A DNA stretch of 64,000 nucleotides from an uncultured Christensenellaceae bacterium (GTDB lineage: Bacteria > Bacillota > Clostridia > Christensenellales > CAG-314), in NCBI GenBank assembly GCA_910587795.1, contig CAJUNH010000004.1, positions 66,008-130,007 on the forward strand, read 5' to 3'. Both the position numbers and the translations under genes were made by a program. Positions 54,412 through 64,000 of the stretch are shown here, one piece after another. The notes under the pieces were generated by a model. It worked only from the letters and a program-made list of their open reading frames with translations. It searched no databases and was not told the origin of the DNA. The stretch's first letter is position 1, and the number at the start of each line of letters is the position of its first letter.

Positions 54412-56052
54412 ATGAGCGAATTTAAAAACTTTATCGAAGATATAATTGATAACGATATAAAAAGCGGCAAGGTTACCGAGGTTTGTACGCGTTTTCCGCC
54501 CGAGCCTAACGGGTATCTGCACATAGGTCACGCTAAAAGTCTATGCATCAATTTTGGAATAAAAACAAAATACAACGGCAAGTGCAATTTGCGTTTTGAC
54601 GATACAAATCCCAGTAAGGAAGATACCGAATACGTGGAAAGTATTAAAAACGATATCGAATGGCTGGGCTTTAAGTGGGACAAACTGTTGTTTGCCAGCG
54701 ATTACTTTGACGTTATGTTCGATTGCGCGGTTAAGCTTATAAACAAAGGCTTGGCGTACGTATCGGACGAAACGGCGGAGGAAATACGCGAACGCCGCGG
54801 AACTCTTACCGAGGCGGGAACGGAGAGCCCGTACCGCAACCGCAGCGCGGAGGAAAACTTGCAGCTGTTTTACGGAATGCGCGACGGCAAGTACGCCGAC
54901 GGCAGTAAGGTGCTTAGGGCAAAGATAGATATGTCGTCTTCTAACATAAATATGCGCGATCCCGTAATATACCGCGTGCTGCGCGCGCATCACCATAATA
55001 CGGGGGACAAATGGTGCATTTACCCGATGTACGACTTTGCTCACCCCATAGAGGACGCTTACGAGGGAATTACGCATTCGATCTGCACTTTGGAGTTTGA
55101 AGATCATCGTCCGTTATACGACTGGGTCGTTAAGTCTTGCGATTTTCCCGAACCGCGTCCGCAGCAGATAGAGTTTGCGCGTCTTAACGTTACCAATACG
55201 ATTATGTCCAAACGCTATCTGAAAAAGTTGGTGGACGAAGGCAAAGTTATGGGCTGGGACGACCCCCGCATGCCTACGCTTTCGGGTTTACGCAGACGCG
55301 GCTATCCCGCCGCCGCTTTACGCGATTTTTGCGAGCGTATAGGCGTAAGCAAAGCAAACAGCGAAGTGGAAGAAGGCTATTTGCAAGCATGCGTCCGTGA
55401 CGAACTTAACAAAACCGCCGATCGGGTAATGGCGGTGTTTGACCCGTTAAAAGTAGTGCTTACCAACTTTGAAGGTACGGAAGATTTGACTGTGGAAAAT
55501 AACCCAAATGCCGAGCCTTTGACGTACAGAACCGTACCGCTTTCTAAGGAAATTTACATCGACCGCGCAGATTTTGCGTTGGTACCTCCGCCCAAATATT
55601 ACCGTCTTAAACCTGGCGGGGTAGTCCGTCTTAAAGGCGCGTATATTATACGCTGCGACGAAGTAATACAGGATACGGACGGTAACGTTACGGAATTGCA
55701 CTGTTTTGTGTTGCCTAATTCCAAATCGGGCAGCGATACCAGCGGCGTTAAAGTTAAGGGCGTAATCCAGTGGGCGGACGCGTCAACCTGCATCGATATT
55801 ACGGTGCGCAAGCTGCAAAGTTTGCTTACCGACGTTGTAGACGGAGTAACGGACTTTAATCAGCGCTTTAACGAGGACAGTTTAAAGGTTGTTTGCGCCA
55901 AAGCGGAGCGCAGTTTGCTTACCGCAAAAGTTGAAGATAAATTTCAGTTTATGCGCGTAGGTTATTATGTGTTGGATAAGGACAGCACAAAAAACAATTT
56001 GGTGTTTAACGAAATCGTAAGTTTAAAGGACAATTTTAATAAACCTAACTGA
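54412..56052 (+). CDS. glnS: Glutaminyl-tRNA synthetase
   Basis: I start at [23 protein letters not shown] (HIGH), [22 protein letters not shown] and IMSKRYL (KMSKS-type) are present. It appears collinear with E. coli GlnRS as I recall that sequence. Confidence 0.9.
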   Translation: MSEFKNFIEDIIDNDIKSGKVTEVCTRFPPEPNGYLHIGHAKSLCINFGIKTKYNGKCNLRFDDTNPSKEDTEYVESIKNDIEWLGFKWDKLLFASDYFDVMFDCAVKLINKGLAYVSDETAEEIRERRGTLTEAGTESPYRNRSAEENLQLFYGMRDGKYADGSKVLRAKIDMSSSNINMRDPVIYRVLRAHHHNTGDKWCIYPMYDFAHPIEDAYEGITHSICTLEFEDHRPLYDWVVKSCDFPEPRPQQIEFARLNVTNTIMSKRYLKKLVDEGKVMGWDDPRMPTLSGLRRRGYPAAALRDFCERIGVSKANSEVEEGYLQACVRDELNKTADRVMAVFDPLKVVLTNFEGTEDLTVENNPNAEPLTYRTVPLSKEIYIDRADFALVPPPKYYRLKPGGVVRLKGAYIIRCDEVIQDTDGNVTELHCFVLPNSKSGSDTSGVKVKGVIQWADASTCIDITVRKLQSLLTDVVDGVTDFNQRFNEDSLKVVCAKAERSLLTAKVEDKFQFMRVGYYVLDKDSTKNNLVFNEIVSLKDNFNKPN

Positions 56053-56241
56053 AATAAATTTTGTAAACATAAATCGTGCATTTTTAACATGCCGTTTCCG
56101 TATTTTTCCGCCAAAATTTCTTCCTAAACGAAATATCGGGGATTAGTTTGTTGGCATTGACAAATACTAAACGATGGTATATAATATCTAGATGTAGCCA
56201 TAGTTTTATCTGTGGCAGGCGATATTACAAACAGGTGAATT

Positions 56242-57078
56242 ATGAAAGTATGCAAACATTGCGGGGAAATCAACCCCGGCGATTCGGCGTTTTGCTGTAA
56301 TTGCGGAAATACTAACTTCATATTTCAAGAAGAGGTAACTTGCCCCAACTGCGGAGCCGTAAACGACAAGTCATACGCGTTTTGTATCGATTGCGGATCG
56401 AGCCTTACTCCGCCGGCGCAGACGTCTTCCGCGGTAAACGCCGAAGCGTTTTACGATGTGGAAACGAGCAGCGTATCGCGCGAGGTGGCGGACTTGTACG
56501 GCGGAGTTATGATGACTCCCAGCGAAACGTCGCAGTGTCCTTCTTGCGGGGCGGCTATTGCGCTTACGGCAATTTTTTGCGATAAGTGCGGTACAAGCGT
56601 TGCCGATTTGCACGAGCACCGAGTGGTTCAGCGCAAGGTTTGCCCGCAATGCGGCAGACCCAATTCGTTGGAGTCGCACTTCTGTTCGTACTGCTTTACG
56701 TCGCTTGCGGACGCGGATACGGAAGATATGCAAGTCGTGCACGAAAGCAGAAATTTGGGCGAAATGTCGGTCAGGCAGGTAATGTTGGAAAGCCCCAACG
56801 GCAAAAAGCTGGTTTGCCCTAACTGCGGCACGTTAAATTCCCGCGAAGAGGAATTTTGCGAAAGCTGCGGACTTAAACTTGTTATAGAGGAGCCCAAACG
56901 TTATTGTCCCAGCTGCGGAGCGGAAAACTCCGTTGACAGCGCGTTTTGCGCCAAATGCCGTTGGTCGTTTACCAACGCTAAGCCGGACGCGGTAGACAAC
57001 TGGACTTGCGAATGCGGTTATTCTAACGAAAAAGAAGATAAATTTTGTTCCCGTTGCGGAAAAAAGAGAAAAAAATAA
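56242..57078 (+). CDS. Multi-zinc-ribbon (double zinc ribbon repeat) protein
   Basis: 278 aa with about a dozen CxxCG / CxxC pairs throughout and no TM segment. Confidence 0.6.
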   Translation: MKVCKHCGEINPGDSAFCCNCGNTNFIFQEEVTCPNCGAVNDKSYAFCIDCGSSLTPPAQTSSAVNAEAFYDVETSSVSREVADLYGGVMMTPSETSQCPSCGAAIALTAIFCDKCGTSVADLHEHRVVQRKVCPQCGRPNSLESHFCSYCFTSLADADTEDMQVVHESRNLGEMSVRQVMLESPNGKKLVCPNCGTLNSREEEFCESCGLKLVIEEPKRYCPSCGAENSVDSAFCAKCRWSFTNAKPDAVDNWTCECGYSNEKEDKFCSRCGKKRKK

Positions 57079-57090
57079 GGAGACAAACTT

Positions 57091-58485
57091 ATGAACAGTT
57101 CCAACAGTTTTAATATCTGTCCTCGCTGCGGAAATTCCAATTCCCTAAATGCGAAGTATTGTTCTAGGTGCGGCGCACAACTCAAAGTGCCGACCGAAGC
57201 GGTCGTTTGCCATAAATGCCATACGCGCAATTATTCTTTGGCTAATTTCTGCCGTAACTGCGGCGCCACATTAAAAGTGGGCGCGCAAACAAAAATTTGT
57301 CCAAGATGCGGAAGGGAAATAGGCGCAGAGGAAAATATGTGCGCTTGCGGGTATTCGTTTGTTACAATGCAGCAAACTCAGCCTCGCAAAGTGGACGTCA
57401 CTTCTACAAACAAGGATAAAAAGCGCGATAAAAAACGTAATAAAAACCGTCAAGAGGATAATTATCCGCAACAATCCTATGCTCAGCAAGGTCAAGCCGA
57501 GCAGCAATCCGCAAACGGCGGTAAAAAACCCAAAAAGAGCGGACGCGGATTTGCATTGTTTGCATTTTTGTTTTTGGCGCTGTTTGTGTATGTTATAATT
57601 GCGCCCGCAACGGCAAGACCGGGGTTTTTGACAAATTTTGACAAAGGTTTTTACCATCATAACAAAACGGAAAATCCCGACGGACCGTCCGCTGTTTTAG
57701 GCGAGTCGTCAAACTTATATGCCGAAGGAGACGAAGGAACAGCAACGCCTGAGGAAACATGGACGGTAACGTTTAAAAACGGCGATGCTACGGTTGCGAC
57801 TGTAACGGTAGTAAAAGGGCAAAAGCTTACGGCAGAACAAATCCCCGCCGCGCCAACTGCTCCCGAAGGAAAGGAATTTAAGGGCTGGTTTGCAGGCGAA
57901 ACGGCAATTACTGCCGAAACTGACATAACAGGCGATATAACCGTAACGGCTGGTTTTGCGGACGTCGCGGTAACCGAACCCGATCCTAACGCACCTCAGG
58001 ATTACGTTTACGGTTGGGAATTGATAGGCGACATCATAAAGTTGTTTGACGAAGAACACCGTGCGGCAATGGATGCGTTTGAAGGCGGCGCGTTTGCATA
58101 CATTCTAGACCAACTGGGAACGGCAACTTTCGTTATGGTGGCAATGTTTGCGATATTCGTACTGACGGCATTTTTCCACCTTATCGTGTGTCTGTTCCGT
58201 ATTATATCTCCGCGCAGATCTAAGCACGGCAATTTGCTGTATTTGATACTGTTTATTGTAACGGCAGTGCTTACCGCGTTGATGCTATGCTCGCATATGC
58301 TGCCGGGCGAGGGAAATTTCTTTGCAAGCGTAAGAGAATTCTTTACTCCCAAACACAACGGAATTGCCTGCTCGTACGGCTATGCGCTGATATTTATTCC
58401 CGCATACTATTTATTCTTCTGGATTTACTCTAACATGGCAAAGAAAAAGGGTGCGAAAAAATCCAAAAAAGACAACGGTAAATAA
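57091..58485 (+). CDS. Zinc-ribbon N-terminus + membrane protein with Listeria-Bacteroides-repeat-like outer domain
   Basis: 464 aa. It has three N-terminal CxxCG ribbons and a K/Q-rich linker, then a TM. The segment WTVTFKNGDATVATVTVVKGQKLTAEQIP.AP...GKEFKGWF is a Flg_new-type repeat. Four C-terminal TM helices follow. Confidence 0.55.
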   Translation: MNSSNSFNICPRCGNSNSLNAKYCSRCGAQLKVPTEAVVCHKCHTRNYSLANFCRNCGATLKVGAQTKICPRCGREIGAEENMCACGYSFVTMQQTQPRKVDVTSTNKDKKRDKKRNKNRQEDNYPQQSYAQQGQAEQQSANGGKKPKKSGRGFALFAFLFLALFVYVIIAPATARPGFLTNFDKGFYHHNKTENPDGPSAVLGESSNLYAEGDEGTATPEETWTVTFKNGDATVATVTVVKGQKLTAEQIPAAPTAPEGKEFKGWFAGETAITAETDITGDITVTAGFADVAVTEPDPNAPQDYVYGWELIGDIIKLFDEEHRAAMDAFEGGAFAYILDQLGTATFVMVAMFAIFVLTAFFHLIVCLFRIISPRRSKHGNLLYLILFIVTAVLTALMLCSHMLPGEGNFFASVREFFTPKHNGIACSYGYALIFIPAYYLFFWIYSNMAKKKGAKKSKKDNGK

Positions 58486-58659
58486 TTTAAACCCACTCCG
58501 TGGGAGCCTCTCCCTTGGTACAAAGGAGAGGCTCTTAACTTATTAATCGTAGGTATTAGAGCAATAAAACAGCAACATATTACTTAACGCAATAATAAAC
58601 GGAAATTAATTTCATAAAACACAATACATAAAAATTTCTCAAAGAGGTACATACATTAT

Positions 58660-60447
58660 ATGAAAATCACATCGCAGTATTTACGTGATAAATATCTCGG
58701 CTTTTTTAAAGAAAGAGGTCACGCCGTAATTAAGTCGGCAAGTCTTATTCCGGAAAACGATCCGTCGGTGCTTTTTACAACGGCGGGCATGCATCCATTA
58801 ATACCGTATTTGCTCGGTCAAAAACACCCTAACGGCACCAGACTGACCGACGTACAAAAGTGCGTGCGCACGGGCGATATAGAGGAAGTCGGCGACGATT
58901 CGCACTTGACGTTTTTTGAAATGTTGGGCAACTGGTCGCTGGGCGATTATTTTAACCGCGAATCGATTAAGTGGAGTTACGAGTTTTTAACGTCACCCGA
59001 ATACTTGGGGTTGGACGTCAACCGTTTGTCCGTAACGGTGTTTGCCGGCGACGACGACGCGGCTCGGGACGAAGACTCCGCCAGAGTGTGGCAGGAGTGC
59101 GGTATACCTAAGGAGCGTATTTATTACATGCCCAAAAAGAACAACTGGTGGATAGCCGGCACAACGGGACCTTGCGGACCGGATACGGAAATCTTTTGGG
59201 ATACAGGCAAACCCGCTTGCGGCAAAGATTGCAATCCCAGTTGCGACTGCGGAAAATATTTGGAAATTTGGAATAACGTATTTATGCAGTTTAACCGTCA
59301 AGCCGACGGAACGTATTTGCCTCTTGTTCAAAAAAACGTAGATACAGGTATGGGCTTAGAGCGTACCGTGTGCGTACTTAACGGAATGAAGTCCGTTTAC
59401 GATATCGACTTGTTTCAAGGCGCTTTGGAAAAAATCCAACAGCTGTCGGGTAAAATCTACGGCACGGACGACAAAACGACAAAGGCAATGCGCGTAATTG
59501 CCGACCACGTTCGCACTGCGACGTTTCTTTTGGGCGACCCCGTAGGCGTAACGCCCAGCAACGTTGATCAGGGATACGTATTGCGCCGTTTGATTCGCCG
59601 CGCTGTACGGATGGCAAATTCGCTTGATATGCCTAAGGGAAGCATTGCGCAAATTGCAGAAGTATATATAAACGTATACAAAGACGCTTACACGGAGTTG
59701 ACGGAAAACGCAAGTAAAATTGTGGACGAACTGAATAAGGAAGAAGAAAAATTTTCCAAAACGCTTGTGTCGGGTGAAAAGGAATTTTTAAAGGTAATTT
59801 CCCATATTCAGGGCAGCGTTGTCCCTGGCGGTACGGCGTTTAAGCTTTACGATACGTTCGGTTTCCCTGTGGAGATGACAATAGAACTTGCCGCCGAAAA
59901 CGGATTTACTGTGGACGTAGAAGGTTTTAAAACAAAGTTTGCCGAGCATCAGGCTAAATCTCATGCGGGGAGCGAACAGCGCTTTAAAGGCGGTATGGCG
60001 GAAGGCGGCGGACAGGAAACAACCTTTTTGCATACGGCTACGCACTTATTGCAGGCGGCTTTGCGCAGAGTGCTAGGCGACGAGGTAAAGCAAAAGGGCA
60101 GTAATATCACTCCCGAAAGACTTCGCTTCGATTTCAGTTTCGGCCGTCCTATGACTGCGGAGGAAATAGCGGAAACCGAGCGTTTGGTAAACGAAGCGAT
60201 AGCGCGCAAATTGCCTATAACGTGTGAAGAAATGACCGTAGAAGAAGCCCGCAAAACGGGAGCTATAGGTCTGTTCGGCGACAGATACGGCGAGGTTGTT
60301 AAAGTGTATACAATGGGCGATTTCAGTAAAGAAATCTGCGGAGGTCCGCACGCGGACAACACAGGCGATTTGGCTCACTTTGTAATTACAAAGGAGCAGT
60401 CCTCGTCCGGCGGAGTCCGTCGTATCAAGGCGGAATTGCGCAAATAA
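58660..60447 (+). CDS. alaS: Short-form alanyl-tRNA synthetase (catalytic + tRNA-recognition + minimal editing core, no C-Ala domain)
   Basis: 595 aa. FTTAGMHPLIPYLLG, FFEMLGNWSLGDYF and WNNVFMQFNR...DTGMGLER are the class II AlaRS motifs. The editing-site motifs HTATHLL and CGGPH are present. The protein ends ~280 aa short of canonical bacterial AlaRS. Confidence 0.75.
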   Translation: MKITSQYLRDKYLGFFKERGHAVIKSASLIPENDPSVLFTTAGMHPLIPYLLGQKHPNGTRLTDVQKCVRTGDIEEVGDDSHLTFFEMLGNWSLGDYFNRESIKWSYEFLTSPEYLGLDVNRLSVTVFAGDDDAARDEDSARVWQECGIPKERIYYMPKKNNWWIAGTTGPCGPDTEIFWDTGKPACGKDCNPSCDCGKYLEIWNNVFMQFNRQADGTYLPLVQKNVDTGMGLERTVCVLNGMKSVYDIDLFQGALEKIQQLSGKIYGTDDKTTKAMRVIADHVRTATFLLGDPVGVTPSNVDQGYVLRRLIRRAVRMANSLDMPKGSIAQIAEVYINVYKDAYTELTENASKIVDELNKEEEKFSKTLVSGEKEFLKVISHIQGSVVPGGTAFKLYDTFGFPVEMTIELAAENGFTVDVEGFKTKFAEHQAKSHAGSEQRFKGGMAEGGGQETTFLHTATHLLQAALRRVLGDEVKQKGSNITPERLRFDFSFGRPMTAEEIAETERLVNEAIARKLPITCEEMTVEEARKTGAIGLFGDRYGEVVKVYTMGDFSKEICGGPHADNTGDLAHFVITKEQSSSGGVRRIKAELRK

Positions 60448-60664
60448 CCGTTTGTAGTTTACGGTAACGGAAAATATAATCTGCGGCTTTATGCGGCATG
60501 AATAAAACATTTGATATGTTGCAGATTTAATTAAGCCTGATACTTGTGTTTTTTGTGTTCGTTATAGTTAAAGAGTTAAACGCGTGCGTTGTCTTTTACG
60601 GTTTGACCGTACTGCGATGTCAATAGATACGCATAATACATATAAGTTTAAAAGGAGGACGAAT

Positions 60665-62287
60665 ATGAAAAGGAAATTATTGTTGGTTTTGGCGGTTATC
60701 TTTGCTTTGGCGGTAACGCTTACCGCTTGCGAACATATCCATACATATGCTGAAGAATGGACATACGACGCGGAATACCATTGGCGCGAAGCCACCTGCG
60801 GTGATACGGAAGAAGTATTTGGCAAAGAAAAACACAGTATGGCGGGCGTTCCCGGCGGCGATATGGAAGAGTGTACGGTATGCAAATATTCTAAGCCCGT
60901 TTCCGTTGTGCCTAATCCGGACGTCGAACCCGAACCTGAACACGACTATGTAGACGGCGTATGTACGGATTGCGGACAATGGAGCAGCGTCACCGACGTT
61001 GTGCTGGCTCAAGTATCAAAGTTGGACGTATGGAACTACGTAATAACTGCGGAAAACGTAACTGCAAATATTCCAACGTCGGGCAACGGCGCGGAGACTG
61101 TAACCGTAGAATATGCCGAGTTGAAACTCGGTTTATCTAAAAACGGTGCAGTCGAAGGATGCGGATATATTAACTTTAAAACGTCGTCTAACGTCAACGT
61201 CGTTGCGGCGGCAACGGTCAAAGACGGTATAGTATATGCCCGTTACGAAGAAAACTTCGCCATTAAATATTTTCGCTTGACCGTAGAAGAATTGCTTGGC
61301 GAGTTGGACATAGAAATCGGTATTAACGAATTAAAACAATTTATCGAAGAAATTAATGCAAACACGCAGCAAATACAGTCAGGCGTAAAGGAACTGTTGG
61401 ATGCTTTAAAACAACTGCCTCCTCAAGACGGTGCTGTACAATGGATTAAAGATACGTTTTTGACGTTAAACACAGATAAAAGCACTGCGGACACAACAGT
61501 ATATACCGTAAAGTTCGATTTTTTGCGTACGGTAAATAACGTATTAAATACAAAGACGGTTTTACAATATTTCGAGTCTGTATTCGGCGAAGGAAGTTAT
61601 GCTAAAATCCCCGCTACGGCGGAAGCGTTGTTCGACGTTAAAGTCGGTGATATTTTGGACGGACTGGAAGCGCAGGGTTATACTCTGGACGATATAATCG
61701 ATATGCTTAACGTTGCGGTAGCGGCATACTATCCCGACGATAACGTAAATACAGTCGACCAATTAATGGCGAAGTTGGGCGTAGACTTAAAAGGCGTAAC
61801 CGTTAAGGAATATATTTTGTTGGCAAAACCTCTTACTCCCCGGCAAATGCTTAAATTGGCTCAGGCAGACGTAGCGGCGGATAAGCAAATAACAGTCGAG
61901 CAAATTATCGCTGCGTTAACCGACGTATGTAACGGCGTTAAGGATTTAACCGTTTACGATATTATTGCGAAATCGGTCAACTTACAAATTAACGGCGGAC
62001 AGCTTTATAACGTTGTGGAAGGCATAGCGGAAATTTTGGACGGCGGATTAACGGTGGAATTAAGTTTTAAAAATAACGTTTTACAGCAAGTATACGTGGA
62101 ATTTGACGTAGACGAACCGTCTCCCCTCGACTTAAATGCCGACGAAGCGGAAAAGCTGATTTACGCTATCCAACAGCAGTTGGCGCAATTTAAAGCAGGC
62201 GGCGTTTGCATTGTAAACGGCGGAAACTTGCAGCAGGATTATTCCAAACTGATTGACGTAGTAATTTCCGGACTCGAAAACGTTTAA
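60665..62287 (+). CDS. Lipoprotein of unknown function
   Basis: I start at MKRKLLLVLAVIFALAVTLTAC (lipobox LTAC) after RBS AAAGGAGGA. The N-terminal region is Cys/His-rich and the remainder is helical. Confidence 0.65.
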   Translation: MKRKLLLVLAVIFALAVTLTACEHIHTYAEEWTYDAEYHWREATCGDTEEVFGKEKHSMAGVPGGDMEECTVCKYSKPVSVVPNPDVEPEPEHDYVDGVCTDCGQWSSVTDVVLAQVSKLDVWNYVITAENVTANIPTSGNGAETVTVEYAELKLGLSKNGAVEGCGYINFKTSSNVNVVAAATVKDGIVYARYEENFAIKYFRLTVEELLGELDIEIGINELKQFIEEINANTQQIQSGVKELLDALKQLPPQDGAVQWIKDTFLTLNTDKSTADTTVYTVKFDFLRTVNNVLNTKTVLQYFESVFGEGSYAKIPATAEALFDVKVGDILDGLEAQGYTLDDIIDMLNVAVAAYYPDDNVNTVDQLMAKLGVDLKGVTVKEYILLAKPLTPRQMLKLAQADVAADKQITVEQIIAALTDVCNGVKDLTVYDIIAKSVNLQINGGQLYNVVEGIAEILDGGLTVELSFKNNVLQQVYVEFDVDEPSPLDLNADEAEKLIYAIQQQLAQFKAGGVCIVNGGNLQQDYSKLIDVVISGLENV

Positions 62288-62425
62288 AATATCAGTGCCG
62301 TAACAGCGGTTGAATTGCGCGTGCGTTAATTTACGTTTGTTAATCAATAATAAATTTGACTGAAAAATCTAATATGCAAAAATAATATTGCGGTAACGGT
62401 TATTTTAATAAATGTAAAAAAATAA

Positions 62426-62453
62426 AGCGGCAGCGGAGTACGCTGCCGCTTTT
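62426..62453 (+). terminator. Rho-independent terminator
   Basis: AGCGGCAGCG gagta CGCTGCCGCT plus TTT. Confidence 0.7.
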
Positions 62454-62787
62454 AATATCGATTGATAGTAAAATTTGGGAAATTATATTTAAGTGGTTTT
62501 ATTTTGTATTCTAGGGTAATTTAAATATATTAGACTGAGGGTAAATTTATTTTATAGGGCAGCAGCTAAAATAAATCGGTTAAACAAAAAAGGCTCAACC
62601 AACACGGTTGATAGCCTTTTGTCTTAAAAAAAACACCTAATCATTTAAAACGAATTTAAGTTCAAATTAAAGACGGAAAAAATAATACTTTTAACAAAAT
62701 AACCTAATGGCAACGTAACATTTCGGGATACGTCCCTAACAGAATAGCACAAAAAGCGTCTTTTGTAAACTTTTTTCGACAAAATCT

Positions 62788-63375
62788 CTATTTTATTTCC
62801 GCAATTATAGTTTCGGCTTGTTTTTCCAACATGGTTTTTAATTGTAGGTCGTGTATAAAGCAAGTGTTGGCGTATACGTTTTTTACGGAAAAATCAACCA
62901 CCGTTCTAAGCAAACTTATGCCTATTTCGCAGTCGCTTGCAACGTACTTAGACAGTCGGTTAAGTACGCGCATATCCGCGCGCTTTAAAACGTCTGCACA
63001 TAATTTCATTACGTCCAACGGCACAAGCGTAGCTTTGTGAAACGCCTTTTGCAACGTAGCTGTACGTATGCGTATATGTTCATCCGTATCTTTGGGCAGT
63101 TTGCGCGCCGCTACAATATCGTCGTATGCCGCAGCGTCGTCGTTGGACAGTTTGTACAAACATCTGCGCGCGCGAATGCAGGTTGCCAGCTCGCTTTTTA
63201 AATAAGAGTAATTGTCTTCGTCGGCAGACAGTTTTTCCAACGTTACGTTTATTGCCATCTCTATTAAAGCGCACGCTTCCGCGCCCACAACCGCCAACGC
63301 GCTTCCTCCTCCCGGCGCGGGGGCTTTGCTTGCAAGTACGTCGCAGTATTTTTCTATCGTCATTTGTTCAAACAT
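62788..63375 (-). CDS. Cyclodeaminase/cyclohydrolase-family protein (FTCD_C domain; methenyl-THF cyclohydrolase-like)
   Basis: 195 aa. SKAPAPGGGSALAVVGAEACALIEMAINVT is the family signature. Confidence 0.7.
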   Translation of the reverse strand: MFEQMTIEKYCDVLASKAPAPGGGSALAVVGAEACALIEMAINVTLEKLSADEDNYSYLKSELATCIRARRCLYKLSNDDAAAYDDIVAARKLPKDTDEHIRIRTATLQKAFHKATLVPLDVMKLCADVLKRADMRVLNRLSKYVASDCEIGISLLRTVVDFSVKNVYANTCFIHDLQLKTMLEKQAETIIAEIK

Positions 63376-63538
63376 ATCGTTACCTCACACAATAATTATA
63401 TAGATAAACTGCCCGTAAGTCAATCGCTGTAAAATAACCCGTCGTCTTTATTTTAGCGTTTTAATCTCTTTTAAATATTAAATTTGTCAAATTAACGTTA
63501 ATAAAAACAAATTATTTTTTAAAACACCGTTTAAACTA

Positions 63539-63567
63539 TTGACATTAGGTGCATATAGTGATATATT
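63539..63567 (+). promoter_or_regulatory. Sigma70 promoter of hrcA (TTGACA - 17 nt - TATATT)
   Basis: Read directly. Confidence 0.6.
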
Positions 63568-63578
63568 AGAAGCATAAA

Positions 63579-63605
63579 TTAGCAGTCGACGCGTTAGATT
63601 GCTAA
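63579..63605 (+). promoter_or_regulatory. CIRCE operator
   Basis: TTAGCAGTC-N9-GATTGCTAA compared with the consensus TTAGCACTC-N9-GAGTGCTAA (one mismatch per half-site). It lies between the promoter and hrcA. Confidence 0.8.
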
Positions 63606-63641
63606 CACTCCGCTAAAACCGCTGACAGAGGAACGCCGATA

Positions 63642-64000
63642 ATGTTATCCAACCGTAAAAAGAAAATTTTATGCGCCGTAGTGGACGGCTACATCGACAG
63701 AGCCGCACCTATTTCCAGTAAGGAAATACAGGAGCAGTATCTTTGCGAATGTTCGTCGGCTACAATCCGCAACGAACTTTCCGCTTTGGAGAGTATGGGC
63801 TATTTAAACCAACCCCACGTATCGGCAGGACGCATTCCCACGGAAAAGGCTTTTCGTTTTTATGTAAACGAATTGCTGTGCGGCGCTACGCTTACCTCCC
63901 GCGAGGCGGAGCTTATCGACAATTATTTTCAGCGTAAGATAGGTTCGTTAGAGGATATAATCGTTGCCGTAACCAAAATAATTGCGGAAATAACCAATTA
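63642..64000 (+). CDS. hrcA: Heat-inducible transcription repressor HrcA (3' end outside window)
   Basis: MLSNRKKKILCAVVDGYIDRAAPISSKEIQEQY...SSATIRNELSALESMGYLNQPHVSAGRIPTEKAFRFYV is the HrcA N-terminal wHTH. Confidence 0.9.
   Translation, partial: MLSNRKKKILCAVVDGYIDRAAPISSKEIQEQYLCECSSATIRNELSALESMGYLNQPHVSAGRIPTEKAFRFYVNELLCGATLTSREAELIDNYFQRKIGSLEDIIVAVTKIIAEITN

Noticed and set aside
1-64000. CRISPR arrays, rRNA genes and IS elements with transposases.
   Set aside because: I found no short repeat-spacer periodicity. The only repeats are the 858-bp direct repeat, the 77-nt element and the octamer motifs. I saw no rRNA-like sequence and no transposase ORF.

Overview
This is a mosaic 64-kb chromosomal window from a low-GC Gram-positive, Clostridia-like organism. 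Supporting signs are AGGAGG-type RBSs, a CIRCE/hrcA pair, lipobox lipoproteins and BspA-type LRR proteins. All calls rest on reading the sequence and the ORF translations; no database search was run.

Layout:
- 1-6.6 kb: right-hand part of a decayed conjugative element. It carries a VirB6-like membrane protein, a VirB4-like ATPase, a Cys-repeat surface protein, TnpV, an RHH protein and an Xis-like HTH. Its tyrosine integrase is cut down to the N-terminal arm-binding ~57 aa.
- 6.6-8.5 kb: AT-rich junk or junction DNA. It holds a degenerate TrpRS-like ORF and an array of ATGTTGAC motifs.
- 8.5-26.2 kb: polymorphic-toxin island. An 858-bp perfectly duplicated leader module (sigma70 promoter, Mu Com-like zinc-ribbon gene, strong terminator hairpin, LL-H-like holin gene) precedes two different full-length Rhs/YD toxins, each followed by an immunity candidate. 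The island also holds a start-less orphan TNT (NADase) toxin module with its own immunity gene. A 105-bp relic of an rhs 5' end is present. A third copy of the 77-nt terminator element sits in front of phage tail-fibre-like genes. Three nucleotidyltransferase-domain proteins are present.
- 26.3-34.8 kb: L-arabinose cluster (araC-type regulator, AraM-like dehydrogenase, hydrolase-membrane fusion, pentulose kinase, araD, araA).
- 35.4-37.3 kb: Y-family polymerase plus YolD-like pair.
- 37.7 kb: tRNA-Ala(CGC), followed by a small AT-rich islet encoding a HEPN-like protein and a membrane-anchored Mrr-type nuclease.
- 40.4-42.4 kb: ydeI-like pseudogene, hxlR-type regulator, radical SAM gene.
- 42.8-47.35 kb: operon on the minus strand encoding a small TM protein, an NB-ARC STAND ATPase fused to DUF1292, and a cytoplasmic 751-aa LRR protein. 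It abuts a relic of an MTA/SAH nucleosidase gene.
- 49.6-64 kb: core genes (HAD phosphatase, PHP phosphoesterase, VanW, dnaB, glnS, two multi-zinc-ribbon proteins, a short AlaRS, a lipoprotein, an FTCD_C-type cyclohydrolase, CIRCE-hrcA).

The candidates I consider most novel are the Com/holin-led Rhs toxin cassettes and the split NB-ARC + LRR (NLR-like) operon.
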